From: Spirochaetia bacterium
Lineage (GTDB): Bacteria; Spirochaetota; Spirochaetia; B11-G9
Assembly (NCBI GenBank): GCA_027859095.1
Contig: JAQIBN010000114.1
Span: 1-31,280, forward strand
Direction: 5' to 3'
Length of the DNA: 31,280 nt
The translations under genes were made by a program, and so were the position numbers. Positions 9,055-18,369 of the stretch are shown here, one piece after another (position 1 is the stretch's first letter; each line of letters starts with the position of its first letter). Below the pieces are notes generated by a model. It searched no databases, was not told where the DNA came from, and saw nothing but the letters and a program-made list of their open reading frames with translations.

Positions 9055-9094
9055 TGGTCGCAAACAAGTTTGCCTGGTCACAAACAAGTTTGTT
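9055..9094 (+). repeat. Two tandem 20-bp units (TGGTCGCAAACAAGTTTGCC / TGGTCACAAACAAGTTTGTT), each an internal dyad (GCAAAC-AA-GTTTGC; ACAAAC-AA-GTTTGT). Lies in the 5' leader of the dihydropyrimidinase gene.
   Basis: Direct repeat with compensatory changes that keep the dyad symmetry in both copies (G..C to A..T). Located between the candidate promoter and the RBS AAAGGAGG. Confidence 0.6.
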
Positions 9095-9146
9095 GCTCGG
9101 CTATGCGGCCAAAGCTGCTCGCCAATGCAACCAAAGGAGGTGTTGA

Positions 9147-10550
9147 ATGAAAACACTAATAAAGAATGGGACTGTAGTTACAGCAGGTGATACCTTTAAA
9201 GCGGATGTCCTTATTGAAAACGAGAAAATTTCTCTAATAGGAACCAATCTTCAGGCAAATGGTGCAGAAATAATTGATGCCAAGGGTCTTTTTCTAATGC
9301 CTGGTGGAGTTGATGGACATACGCACCTTGATATGCCTTTTGGCGGAACAACAACGGCAGATGATTTTTTTACAGGTCAAAGAGCTGCGGCATTCGGGGG
9401 AACTACCACCCATGTGGATTTTGCTCTGCAGCAGAAGGGAGAGACTCTACTTCATGGTGTTGATATGTGGAAGAAAAAGGCAGATGGGAAGGCAGTTATT
9501 GATTACAGCTTTCATATTGCTGTGACAGATCCCGGTGAAGCAGTTGTTAAGGAAATTGAGAAACTTCCTGCAGCTGGAATAACAAGTTTGAAGGTTTTTC
9601 AGCAGTACAAGGGTTTATTTATGGTAGATGATACTACCCTTTATCAGGTAATGCAGGCAGCAAAAAAAGCCGGTGTTCTTACCATGATTCACTGTGAAAA
9701 TGGAGATGTAACAGATATTGTTACAAAAGAACTTATTGCAGCCGGAAAAACAGATGTTAAGTATCATCTGGAAGCTCATCCAAGAGAAATTGAAGCTGAA
9801 GCATCCGGAAGAGCAATCGCAATTGCCGGTGTGACAGGGGCAAAGCTGTACATTGTACATATGAGCTGCCAGGATTCCGTTATGGAAATGAAGCTGGGAA
9901 GAGAAAGAGGCTACAAGGTAATGGGTGAAACCTGTACCCAGTATATGTTTAAGTTTGAAGATGATATGAGGGTTCCCGGTTACGAAGGTGCAAAATGGGC
10001 ATGTGGTCCTCCTGTTCGAACACCGAAAGATGCAGAGTATTTATGGAAATCTCTTGCTGATACAACATTGCAGTTTGTTTCCACAGATCATTGTTCCTTT
10101 GATTTTGAAGGTGGTAAGGATGGAAATAAACCCGGTAAAGAATTAGGTAAGGAAGGATTTCATAAAATACCAAACGGTATTCCAGGAATAGAAGATAGAA
10201 TGCCTGTTATGTACCACAATGGTGTAAACGCTGGCAGATATAATATAAATAGGTTTGTTGCTATTACAGCTACTAATCCTGCTAAGGCTCTGGGCATGTA
10301 TCCACAAAAAGGAACAATTTCTGTTGGTTCTGATGCAGATATAGTTCTTTGGGATCTTAATAAGGAACATACAATTTCTGCTAAAACACATCATATGAAT
10401 GTGGATTATAACGCCTATGAAGGGATGGCAGTAAAGGGTTGGCCGGTAAGGACCATACTTAGGGGTAAAAGCATTGTTGTTGATGGTGAATGGCAGCAGG
10501 AAAAAGGTGCAGGACAGTTTATAAAATGTCATGAAGGTGAATTTTTGTAG
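9147..10550 (+). CDS. hydA: Dihydropyrimidinase / D-hydantoinase (cyclic amidohydrolase).
   Basis: Metal-binding motifs PGGVDGHTHLDMPFGG and GTTT, full-length 467 aa, typical length and order of hydantoinase/dihydropyrimidinase motifs. Confidence 0.85.
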   Translation: MKTLIKNGTVVTAGDTFKADVLIENEKISLIGTNLQANGAEIIDAKGLFLMPGGVDGHTHLDMPFGGTTTADDFFTGQRAAAFGGTTTHVDFALQQKGETLLHGVDMWKKKADGKAVIDYSFHIAVTDPGEAVVKEIEKLPAAGITSLKVFQQYKGLFMVDDTTLYQVMQAAKKAGVLTMIHCENGDVTDIVTKELIAAGKTDVKYHLEAHPREIEAEASGRAIAIAGVTGAKLYIVHMSCQDSVMEMKLGRERGYKVMGETCTQYMFKFEDDMRVPGYEGAKWACGPPVRTPKDAEYLWKSLADTTLQFVSTDHCSFDFEGGKDGNKPGKELGKEGFHKIPNGIPGIEDRMPVMYHNGVNAGRYNINRFVAITATNPAKALGMYPQKGTISVGSDADIVLWDLNKEHTISAKTHHMNVDYNAYEGMAVKGWPVRTILRGKSIVVDGEWQQEKGAGQFIKCHEGEFL

Positions 10551-10556
10551 GATATT

Positions 10557-10596
10557 TCGTAGGGGCACAGCGCGCCGTGCCTCTACGTGTTTTTAG
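10557..10596 (+). terminator. Intrinsic terminator of the dihydropyrimidinase gene: GTAGGGGCAC-AGCGCGC-GTGCCTCTAC hairpin followed by GTGTTTTTAG.
   Basis: GC-rich hairpin plus T-run directly after the stop codon. Confidence 0.6.
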
Positions 10597-10613
10597 TCTC
10601 CAGTTAGATCATG

Positions 10614-12011
10614 TTATTTTTTTACAATTTTTTCATCTTTAAATTCACGACCCCATCCTGTCATAATGGAGATGAGCATAACAACAAATAATCCTATTCC
10701 ATGGAAGAAAAACGGCATAGCTTGAATCATATTGAAATCACTTGCTACAATACCTGTACTCATGGCAATACCAAGTGCAAGCATAACACCAGGATTGTAT
10801 GGAACAAACATAATCGTACCTGTTGCAATGGCATCCATTATGTTGGCATTTCTTTTTGGTGCAAGATTGTGGCGGTCTCCCAGATCTTTTGCTAATGGAC
10901 CAATAGCAACTATTGAGCGGGCAGATCCGGCTGTAATAATATTACCAAGTATTGTTAATACAAATATTGAAAGCTCTGCATTTCGTACTTTTTTTGTAAA
11001 TGGAGAAACCTTATCCAGAATAAGCTGAAAAAGCCCTGCTTTTTCAAATATTCCAACAAGACCTAACAGCAGCATGGTAAACATTATAATTGGAAGCATT
11101 CCGTTAATTCCATTATAAAGAATTCCTCCGAATTTTTTTCCAACAACATCAGCAAATAGGATATCAGTTGGTTTTAGTAGCCCGGCTACTAATCCAAGGA
11201 CAATTCCCATTGCATTTGAAGTCATTAGAGCAGTTATAAGATGCACACCTTTGTACATCATAAAAATGAGTACTGCAGGTATAATCATCATTATAAGACC
11301 TTTTGGAGATACGTTCTTGGCTAATTCTACTGCTGAAGATGTATCAGCCTGCATACTTATACCTAAAATTATAAACATTATTACAGAAAACCCAGCTGCC
11401 ACAAATGCATATTTTAGTCGGCTCTTTACAACTTCTTTAATTTCAGCACCCTGCGTAAATGCAGAAGCAATTGTTGTATCTGAAATTGGTGCAATATTAT
11501 CTCCAAAAAATGCACCGCTCATAAGAGCTCCAATCATAAGAAGCGGACTTGCTCCAAGACCAACTCCAACAGGGAGCATTAAAGGGCCTATTGCCGCTAT
11601 GCTTCCACCGGAAGTTCCTGTTGCAGTTGAAAACAGTGCAGCAACAATAAATGTTATCAATGGCAGAAATGCACCGGAAACTCCAACATTTACTCCAAGC
11701 CATACCAGACTATCTACAAGGCCTGATGACTGAAGTAGTTTTCCCATAATTCCTGCAAGGATCCATGCCAATGCCATAATTGCTACCATCCGGCGTGACA
11801 TACCTCCCAGAAGTGCTTCTGATGCTTTTGATGGTTTTTTTGCAAGAACAATTGCAACTAACATTGCAGCCAGGCAAGCTACCCAAAGTGTTTTAGTGTG
11901 GACCCACCCAGTTAGTACAAGAGTAAGTATTACACCAAGCAGTGTTAATAATGGCAGAAATGCCCCAAACATACCTAACCTGAATTCCAATCGATTAGAT
12001 TCCTTATCCAT
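10614..12011 (-). CDS. nhaC: NhaC-family Na+/H+ antiporter (or related NhaC-fold transporter).
   Basis: Polytopic membrane protein of about 465 aa with NhaC-like segments (GDNIAPISDTT..., AGSARSIVAIGPL). Likely start is the internal ATG at 12011 (RBS GGAGGAGAG) rather than ORF-track 12107. Confidence 0.65.
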   Translation of the reverse strand: MDKESNRLEFRLGMFGAFLPLLTLLGVILTLVLTGWVHTKTLWVACLAAMLVAIVLAKKPSKASEALLGGMSRRMVAIMALAWILAGIMGKLLQSSGLVDSLVWLGVNVGVSGAFLPLITFIVAALFSTATGTSGGSIAAIGPLMLPVGVGLGASPLLMIGALMSGAFFGDNIAPISDTTIASAFTQGAEIKEVVKSRLKYAFVAAGFSVIMFIILGISMQADTSSAVELAKNVSPKGLIMMIIPAVLIFMMYKGVHLITALMTSNAMGIVLGLVAGLLKPTDILFADVVGKKFGGILYNGINGMLPIIMFTMLLLGLVGIFEKAGLFQLILDKVSPFTKKVRNAELSIFVLTILGNIITAGSARSIVAIGPLAKDLGDRHNLAPKRNANIMDAIATGTIMFVPYNPGVMLALGIAMSTGIVASDFNMIQAMPFFFHGIGLFVVMLISIMTGWGREFKDEKIVKK

Positions 12012-12134
12012 TCTCTCCTCCAAAAATTTGTTTCGTATATCCGAATAAAACAACTTTCGAATATTTAAATATTGACAAATATATAATAGCATAGTAATCT
12101 TAAGCATGCAAGTTTTTTTTAAAGAGAAAAATCT

Positions 12135-12887
12135 ATGATATATTTCCTTGCAGGAATACTAACTCTTCCCTTAACAACAGTTCTGACTATCACTGGAGTT
12201 GGTGCTGCTTTTGTACTGATTCCTGTTTTTACAGCTCTTGGTATTGAACTTCATGAGGCAATGGCAGTTGCACTATTATTAAATTCACTGGCAATGATTT
12301 TTGCCTCTTATAGATATGCCAGAAAAAAATTAATTTTATGGAAAATTTCAATTCCTCTTATTATAACCAGTGTTATAACTGCCCCTATTGGTGCCCGGTT
12401 AAGTTATTATGTAAATAATGATCTTCTAAGAATTTGTTTTATCTGTTTTCTCCTGTTTGCGGCTGCAATGATGTTCTTCTATCGATCAAACAAGTCTGAG
12501 TTTGATAAAGTTTCAAATTTAACGCTGAAGGGTTCTTTAATTAGCGCTGTCTCAGGGTTGATCGTTGGGTTTGTTGGGGGTCTGATAGGAGTAGGTGGAG
12601 GAAATATAATACTGCCTGTTCTTATAGCCCTTGGAATAAAACCAAAAGAAGCAGTTGGGACAACGGCTCTTATAGTTATCTTCTCCTCAATGTCAGGTTT
12701 TATCAGTCATCTTGGATTTGGAGATCTGGATTTGCTTTTTGTTCTAATTACAGCAGGGGCTTCTATTCTTGGAGCTGTTATTGGATCCTGGTTAATGACT
12801 GATAAATTGAAACCAACAGTTATAAAAAAGATTCTTGGAATTATTCTAATTGCGGTAGCTATTAAAATGATAATTAACCTAATATAA
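12135..12887 (+). CDS. TauE/SafE (DUF81, TSUP) family membrane exporter-like protein.
   Basis: Two internally repeated 4-TM halves with the GxGGG-type motif (GLIGVGGGNIILPVLIALG). Confidence 0.7.
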   Translation: MIYFLAGILTLPLTTVLTITGVGAAFVLIPVFTALGIELHEAMAVALLLNSLAMIFASYRYARKKLILWKISIPLIITSVITAPIGARLSYYVNNDLLRICFICFLLFAAAMMFFYRSNKSEFDKVSNLTLKGSLISAVSGLIVGFVGGLIGVGGGNIILPVLIALGIKPKEAVGTTALIVIFSSMSGFISHLGFGDLDLLFVLITAGASILGAVIGSWLMTDKLKPTVIKKILGIILIAVAIKMIINLI

Positions 12888-12899
12888 AGGATATAAACT

Positions 12900-14099
12900 A
12901 TGAAAACAGAAAAAATTGAAGATATAAGAAAGGAGCTTCCTGCTTTAAACAGTTGTGTTTATTTAAACACAGGTACAAATGGTCCGCTCTGCCGGGCAAC
13001 TGCAGAAATAATGAAAGCAGAATCGGAAAAAGAATACCTTGAGGGCAGATATCTTCCATTTATATCTGAATTGTACAAAGATATGGATGAAACCCGTAGA
13101 TTGGTTGCGGATTTTATTGGTGCGAACTACGAAGAGATTGCTCTTACTCACACTGCAACCGAAGGAATGAACCTTATTTTATGGGGGATAAACTGGCAGC
13201 CTGGAGACGAGATAATAACCACAAACAGAGAACATGTTGCAAGTCTTGCTCCCATAGCACTAATTAAAAGCAAGTTTGGTATTAATGTAAAATATGTAGA
13301 AGTTGAATATGGTGATAATTATAACGAACAGAAATTTCTTAATAATTTTAGAAAAAGAATTACACAAAAATCAAAACTTCTGGTAGTTTCTCATGTATCA
13401 TTTTCTACAGGACTTACATTCCCTTTGAAGAAGCTTGCAAAAATTTGTCACAAAAATAATATGTATATTCTGGTAGACGGAGCCCAGGGTGCCGGTGCAG
13501 TTCCATTGGATGTACATGATTTTGATATAGACTTTTATTCACTTGCCGGGCGAAAATGGCTTCTTGGTCCCGAGGGTATTTCTGCACTCTATGTGGCCAG
13601 ACACAGGATATCAGAGATAGACCCTACTTTTATCAGTCCATCATCAATAAGGGACAGACATGATCTGGATATTGAGTCTCCATTTATTATTCCTGCTCCC
13701 TATGCAGCCAGGTTTCAAACTGCTACAGCTATAAACAGACCTATTTTACTGGGATTTAAGGAAGCACTCATTTTTCTTACAAAAGATGTAGGAAAAGAGT
13801 GGCTGCTGGATAGAATTGAAAATCTTGTATCCTATCTCCGTGAGAAACTGGAGCTGGTACCGGAAATAACCATTGTTACGCCAAGGGGAAAGGAAGGGGG
13901 ATTTATTCATTTTCTTGTTAATGGTCGAGAGCCTGGTGAGCTTTGTTCACTTATGAATGAGAGGAAGTATATGATCCGTCCGGTCCCTAGCCAGCATCTC
14001 CCTGCACCAATAAGAGTATCAGTGGGTTTTTACAATACAAAAAGTGAACTTGATGGGTTAGTTAAAAATATTGTAGATCTTATTCAAAATAAGACATAA
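12900..14099 (+). CDS. Class V PLP-dependent aminotransferase (cysteine desulfurase / selenocysteine lyase-like fold).
   Basis: PLP-lysine region SLAGRKWLLGPEGISALYV (matches SxHKxxGPxGxGxLYV). 13-nt gap from tauE suggests co-transcription. Confidence 0.65.
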   Translation: MKTEKIEDIRKELPALNSCVYLNTGTNGPLCRATAEIMKAESEKEYLEGRYLPFISELYKDMDETRRLVADFIGANYEEIALTHTATEGMNLILWGINWQPGDEIITTNREHVASLAPIALIKSKFGINVKYVEVEYGDNYNEQKFLNNFRKRITQKSKLLVVSHVSFSTGLTFPLKKLAKICHKNNMYILVDGAQGAGAVPLDVHDFDIDFYSLAGRKWLLGPEGISALYVARHRISEIDPTFISPSSIRDRHDLDIESPFIIPAPYAARFQTATAINRPILLGFKEALIFLTKDVGKEWLLDRIENLVSYLREKLELVPEITIVTPRGKEGGFIHFLVNGREPGELCSLMNERKYMIRPVPSQHLPAPIRVSVGFYNTKSELDGLVKNIVDLIQNKT

Positions 14100-14175
14100 T
14101 GTTATGTGTACTTATATTAGATAAGAGCTGCTTTTAAAACTATTCCTTGTGAGGCCATAATAAATCTGTTATGCT

Positions 14176-14526
14176 ATGTTCATACTTTCGATAAAAGGAA
14201 CTATTGTGGCAAATAATGATCGTGCAAAAAATGAGCTTCGTGCAAATATTCTAAAGGCATTAGCCAATCTAACACGGGTTTGTATAATTGAGCATCTTAA
14301 AGATGGTCCTCACAATGTTTCCGATCTTTCTAAAGAACTTGGAGAGTCTAATTCTATTACCTCGCGGCATCTGGGTGTATTGAAAAGTGCAGGACTTATA
14401 GAAGATAAAAAGGATGGAACTACAGTAATTTATTCTCTGGCAAGTGACGGAATTTCAGATATATTAGACTCTGTAGATGAAGTAATAAAAAGAAACTACG
14501 AAAAATACAAGGCTTTTTTTCAATAA
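14176..14526 (+). CDS. ArsR/SmtB-family transcriptional regulator.
   Basis: HTH region RVCIIEHLKDGPHNVSDLSKELGESNSITSRHLGVLKSAGLI. True start may be the in-frame GTG at 14206. Confidence 0.7.
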   Translation: MFILSIKGTIVANNDRAKNELRANILKALANLTRVCIIEHLKDGPHNVSDLSKELGESNSITSRHLGVLKSAGLIEDKKDGTTVIYSLASDGISDILDSVDEVIKRNYEKYKAFFQ

Positions 14527-14528
14527 TA

Positions 14529-14556
14529 GTAGGGGCAGGTCGCGACCTGCCCCTAC
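14529..14556. terminator. Perfect GC-rich hairpin GTAGGGGCAGGTCGCGACCTGCCCCTAC between the convergent arsR-family and preA genes (likely a shared or bidirectional terminator).
   Basis: 12-bp perfect stem. Weak U-tract on the minus-strand side only. Confidence 0.45.
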
Positions 14557-14577
14557 GAATCAATTATTGCAAATAAA

Positions 14578-15882
14578 TTACGGTTTATCGTATTTCCCAA
14601 CAATAATATCGTGTTTATTGGGGGCTTCCTCTTTCCATATGGTTTTACTACCCTTTCCGAACTGGTCTTCTTCCTTGAAAAGAATCTTCCCCGGGGTTAT
14701 ACAGTCGTATACAGGACAAACCTGCAAGCAAAGTTGACATCCGACACATTTTTTTTCATCAATTGTAGGTTTTCTGTTTTCATTATCCCAGTCAATTGCC
14801 TGATGAGCTGCGTCAAAACAAGATATATAACATCTCCCGCAGTTTACACATTTATCATAGTCAATCTTTGGCAGAATTTTAAAGTCTCTTTCTATGTCAT
14901 CTGCAGGTATTATATTTTTAAGGGCAATGCCTACAAAATCTTCAAGTTTTTCAAAACCCTTTTCTGCAAGGTATATTGACAGTCCGCTTATCATATCTTC
15001 TACAATCCTGTAACCGTACTGCATTACAGAAGTAGTGAATTGTACATTGCTGGCACCGGTCATAATGAATTCTGCTGCATCTTCCCAGGTTTCAATCCCA
15101 CCAATTCCACTTAAAGGTATTCCCTGTAGTTCCTTATCTTGTGCCATGTTAGTAATAAATCTTAGGGCAATGGGTTTTGTCGCTTTACCAGACAGGCCTG
15201 AAATTGAAGATTTACCATTTACAACAGGCAGAGCGGTATAGTGGTCAAAATCCATTCCTGATATTGCTTTTATTGTGTTAATTGTTGATATTGCCTGAGC
15301 TCCTGCTTTTATGGCTGCTATGGCAGGGATCTCCATTTTTTCAATATTTGGGGTCATTTTAGCTATAAGGGGTAGATGAGAACCTCTTCTGGCAGCTTTT
15401 ACATATTTATCAATAAGTTCAACACTGGCACCAACATCAGAACCCATGCCTTCATATGTCATCTGGGGGCAGGAGAAATTGAGTTCCAGCATATCAATGC
15501 CAAGTGCTGTGTAGTCTCTGGCCATCTCTTCCCAGTTATCTTCGTCCATTCCCATAATAGAACCAATAATAAGCTTATTTGGGTAATTTTCTTTAAGTTT
15601 TCTCATTGCATCAAGATTATCCTGATAGGGTTTGTCAGAAGTCTGTTCCATATTTTTAAAACTTATAAATGGTGTTGCCTCTTTTCTTGGAACATCAAAC
15701 CGGGGGGAACATTCTTCCGGGATTGTTGTAGTCAATGTTTTATAGAATACACCTCCACCACCAGCCTCCAGGAATTTAGCACACATTTCATAAGTACCGC
15801 TAACAGGAGATGAAGACAGGAAAAAAGGGTTTTCACATTTAAAACCCAGAAAATCAATTGAAAGATCTGCATGTTTAGCCAT
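14578..15882 (-). CDS. preA: NAD-dependent dihydropyrimidine dehydrogenase subunit PreA (dihydroorotate dehydrogenase-like TIM barrel plus C-terminal 2x[4Fe-4S] ferredoxin domain).
   Basis: DHOD-like core and C-terminal CVNCGRCYISC ... CVGCQLCLQVCP cluster motifs. Directly downstream of preT. Confidence 0.85.
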   Translation of the reverse strand: MAKHADLSIDFLGFKCENPFFLSSSPVSGTYEMCAKFLEAGGGGVFYKTLTTTIPEECSPRFDVPRKEATPFISFKNMEQTSDKPYQDNLDAMRKLKENYPNKLIIGSIMGMDEDNWEEMARDYTALGIDMLELNFSCPQMTYEGMGSDVGASVELIDKYVKAARRGSHLPLIAKMTPNIEKMEIPAIAAIKAGAQAISTINTIKAISGMDFDHYTALPVVNGKSSISGLSGKATKPIALRFITNMAQDKELQGIPLSGIGGIETWEDAAEFIMTGASNVQFTTSVMQYGYRIVEDMISGLSIYLAEKGFEKLEDFVGIALKNIIPADDIERDFKILPKIDYDKCVNCGRCYISCFDAAHQAIDWDNENRKPTIDEKKCVGCQLCLQVCPVYDCITPGKILFKEEDQFGKGSKTIWKEEAPNKHDIIVGKYDKP

Positions 15883-15884
15883 TA

Positions 15885-17246
15885 TTATTTTCCTCCCTCA
15901 GGATGCATAGGCGAGCAGAAAGCTTGCTTTCGACCAGCCTTTGTTAAGTATTCTTCAATACTTATGGCAGCAATTTTACCGCCCTGTACTGAGTTTACAA
16001 CTGTTTTTGTTGAATCAATGTCTATATCTCCTGCAACAAAAATATCAGGGACACTTGTTGTTCCATTTTCCAGGCTTGTAATGAAATTATTTTTATCAAA
16101 TCCAATTCCTTCTATTACTTTGGAAAAATCTTCTGGCTGCTGACCAATGGCAAATACAACTGTATCTGCTTCAATTTTCATAGCGGATTTGCTTCGTGTT
16201 CCATTTGCTTTAACTGTAGTTAATTTCCCATTTTCGCTTTCAAATATAGATGGGGATAATGTAAAGGCAAAATTAATACCCAGAGATTCTGTATATTCCA
16301 GCTCCTGTCGGTTGGCTGGAGCTTCTTCCCTGGTTCTTCGGTAAAGAACAGTAACAGATTCAGCATCATTTAAACGTGCTGTTGTTGCACAGTCCAGAGC
16401 GACATCTCCTCCGCCTATTACTACAACGTGCTTACCAGCATTAAAACTAGCATCATTTGATCGTGCTTTTGCAAGATATTCAACAGCAGTTGTCACTCCT
16501 TCCAGTTCTTTTCCAGGAATTGGAAGAGTTCTTGTTATCTGCATCCCTGCTCCAATCATAATTGCTTTATAGTCTTGTTTTCGTATTTCATCCAATGAAA
16601 TATCTTTTCCAACCTTTGTATTGAGTTTTATCTCTACACCTAATTTTGTGACATATTCAATTTCTTCATCTACTACATACTGAGGAAGTCTTGCGGGCAC
16701 TATTCCATAGGAAAGAACACCCCCTGCTTTTTCTTTTTCTTCAAAAATTGTTACAGGATAGCCTTTCATTGCCAATGTTGCTGCTGCAGAAAGAGATGCA
16801 GGGCCGGAGCCTATCATTGCAACTTTCTCTTTAGTTGCTTTTGGAGGATCGAGAACCTGGAAATTAGTTGATTTTTCATAATCAGTAACAAAGCGCTGAA
16901 GTCTTCCAATTTGTATAGGTTTATCAATACCAGAACGTTCACAAGCACCTTCACAGGTTTTTTCGTAAGGACATACACGTGCACAAACTCCACCCAGTAT
17001 ATTATTTGATCGAATAATTTCTGCTGCACCCTTGAAATTTCTAAAACGTATAGCTCTTATAAAATCACCGGGGTTTGTATCTGCCGGGCAACCTTCACTG
17101 CATGGTGGGTTGTAACATAACAAACATCTTGCTGCTTCCTCCATGGCTAAAAAGGGTGTAAAAGGAGGTACTGTTTCTTCCAGATACCCCTGGGTTGGTT
17201 TTAAGGATATACCCGCTTTAACACCAACATTATTAGAATCACTCAC
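15885..17246 (-). CDS. preT: Dihydropyrimidine dehydrogenase subunit PreT (glutamate synthase small-subunit-like, FAD/NAD(P)-binding, N-terminal Fe-S motifs). GTG start.
   Basis: N-terminal CxxCxxPPCxxxCP and CARVCPxxxxCExxC motifs, two Rossmann GxGxxG/A motifs (IGSGPASLSAA, VIGGGDVALDCA). RBS GGAGG precedes the GTG. Confidence 0.85.
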   Translation of the reverse strand: MSDSNNVGVKAGISLKPTQGYLEETVPPFTPFLAMEEAARCLLCYNPPCSEGCPADTNPGDFIRAIRFRNFKGAAEIIRSNNILGGVCARVCPYEKTCEGACERSGIDKPIQIGRLQRFVTDYEKSTNFQVLDPPKATKEKVAMIGSGPASLSAAATLAMKGYPVTIFEEKEKAGGVLSYGIVPARLPQYVVDEEIEYVTKLGVEIKLNTKVGKDISLDEIRKQDYKAIMIGAGMQITRTLPIPGKELEGVTTAVEYLAKARSNDASFNAGKHVVVIGGGDVALDCATTARLNDAESVTVLYRRTREEAPANRQELEYTESLGINFAFTLSPSIFESENGKLTTVKANGTRSKSAMKIEADTVVFAIGQQPEDFSKVIEGIGFDKNNFITSLENGTTSVPDIFVAGDIDIDSTKTVVNSVQGGKIAAISIEEYLTKAGRKQAFCSPMHPEGGK

Positions 17247-17365
17247 TATTATCCTCCTGCAATAAAGTAGAGACGCAAAAACACGGTTATTTTATTAGAG
17301 TATTTACCATGCTTCATAGTTGTAAGGGGATATTCTATCCTAAGTATTAGTACAAGTCAAAGAAA

Positions 17366-18289
17366 TTATTGTGATTTGGAAGGTTCTGGGTGTTTTGTTT
17401 CCTTCTGAATAATATATACTGAGCTTACTACAATAAAAATTCCTATTAGTGTTGTAAGCCCGGCTTGTTCTCCAAGAAAAATTACAGCAAAAAATAATCC
17501 AAATACAGGGATTAGCAGTTTATAGGACGTTGCGGTAGTTACTGGCATGTGAATAAGAGCCTTATTGAATATCAGATATGTAAGGGATGTGCCGATGATA
17601 CCCAGATATAAAACCAATAAGATGGATAGTCCTGGCAGTGCTAATAACTGGGTGGGACTCTGACCCCGTAAGATATTGATTATAAAAATGAAGAAAGTTC
17701 CGGATATCATTGAAATCCAGGTAGGAATAATACTTCCGTATTTTATTGCATATTTCTTAATCAGAATACTATAGAGGCTTAAGACAAGTGAGGCTCCCAT
17801 AAGAAGAAGATTACCTAGAACAGCTGTTCCTCCCAGATCAAATGTTTTGAAATTACCGTTGGTAACTACCAGAATCATTCCAGTAATCCCTACTGCCACT
17901 CCCAGTATTTTTTTCTTTGATAATGCTTCTGCGATTAGAATGGAACCTAAAATAGCTGTAAAAATTGGTTGTGTATTGGTTAAAAGAGCCCCATTTATGG
18001 CAGTAGAGAGTTTTATACCGTAAAATAATCCAATTGAAAACAGTGTTATTCCAATAAGTCCCAGTAAGGATATTGATACAATTTCACTAGGTGCTGGTTT
18101 TGTTTGTTGTTTTCTTAATTCAGCTATAAAGAAAGGTGTAAGAGGTATGAAACCTAAAAAATATCTGTAAAAAGATAGAACAAGGGGATCCAAATCAACA
18201 ACAACGTATTTTATTATTGGATAGAATGTTGCCCATATAATCATTACAACAATCATTACCGGCGGCCAGTAGCGATTTTTATCTGTCAA
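17366..18289 (-). CDS. EamA/DMT-superfamily transporter (10-TM drug/metabolite exporter family).
   Basis: Two EamA-like repeats of 5 TM helices. Proposed start is TTG 18289, which has an AGGAGG RBS 5 nt upstream. ORF-track start 18319 lies inside a 51-bp palindrome. Confidence 0.65.
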   Translation of the reverse strand: MTDKNRYWPPVMIVVMIIWATFYPIIKYVVVDLDPLVLSFYRYFLGFIPLTPFFIAELRKQQTKPAPSEIVSISLLGLIGITLFSIGLFYGIKLSTAINGALLTNTQPIFTAILGSILIAEALSKKKILGVAVGITGMILVVTNGNFKTFDLGGTAVLGNLLLMGASLVLSLYSILIKKYAIKYGSIIPTWISMISGTFFIFIINILRGQSPTQLLALPGLSILLVLYLGIIGTSLTYLIFNKALIHMPVTTATSYKLLIPVFGLFFAVIFLGEQAGLTTLIGIFIVVSSVYIIQKETKHPEPSKSQ

Positions 18290-18310
18290 ACTATCCTCCT
18301 GTGCAAGTAA

Positions 18311-18361
18311 GGTGGGCAAGTCTCAAAGGGTTTTTAAAAAAGCCTTTGAGACTTGCCCACC
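18311..18361. repeat. 51-bp perfect palindrome: 19-bp arms GGTGGGCAAGTCTCAAAGG / CCTTTGAGACTTGCCCACC around the AT loop GTTTTTAAAAAAG. It sits at the predicted 5' end of the eamA-preT-preA transcript, inside the divergent promoter region.
   Basis: Perfect inverted repeat read directly. No flanking U-tract on either strand. The minus-strand promoter -10 lies about 8 nt upstream of it. Confidence 0.7.
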
Positions 18362-18369
18362 GTACGTAT

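Noticed and set aside
10614-12107. Long N-terminal extensions in ORF-track starts: nhaC from 12107, NCS2 permease from 19592, LolA-like from 2958, eamA from TTG 18319, and the small membrane ORF from 21272.
   Set aside because: Downstream in-frame starts have proper Shine-Dalgarno sequences (GGAGG-type) at 5-9 nt spacing. The extensions either begin before any RBS, run through repeat/hairpin elements, or add non-conserved-looking residues ahead of a signal peptide or first TM helix.
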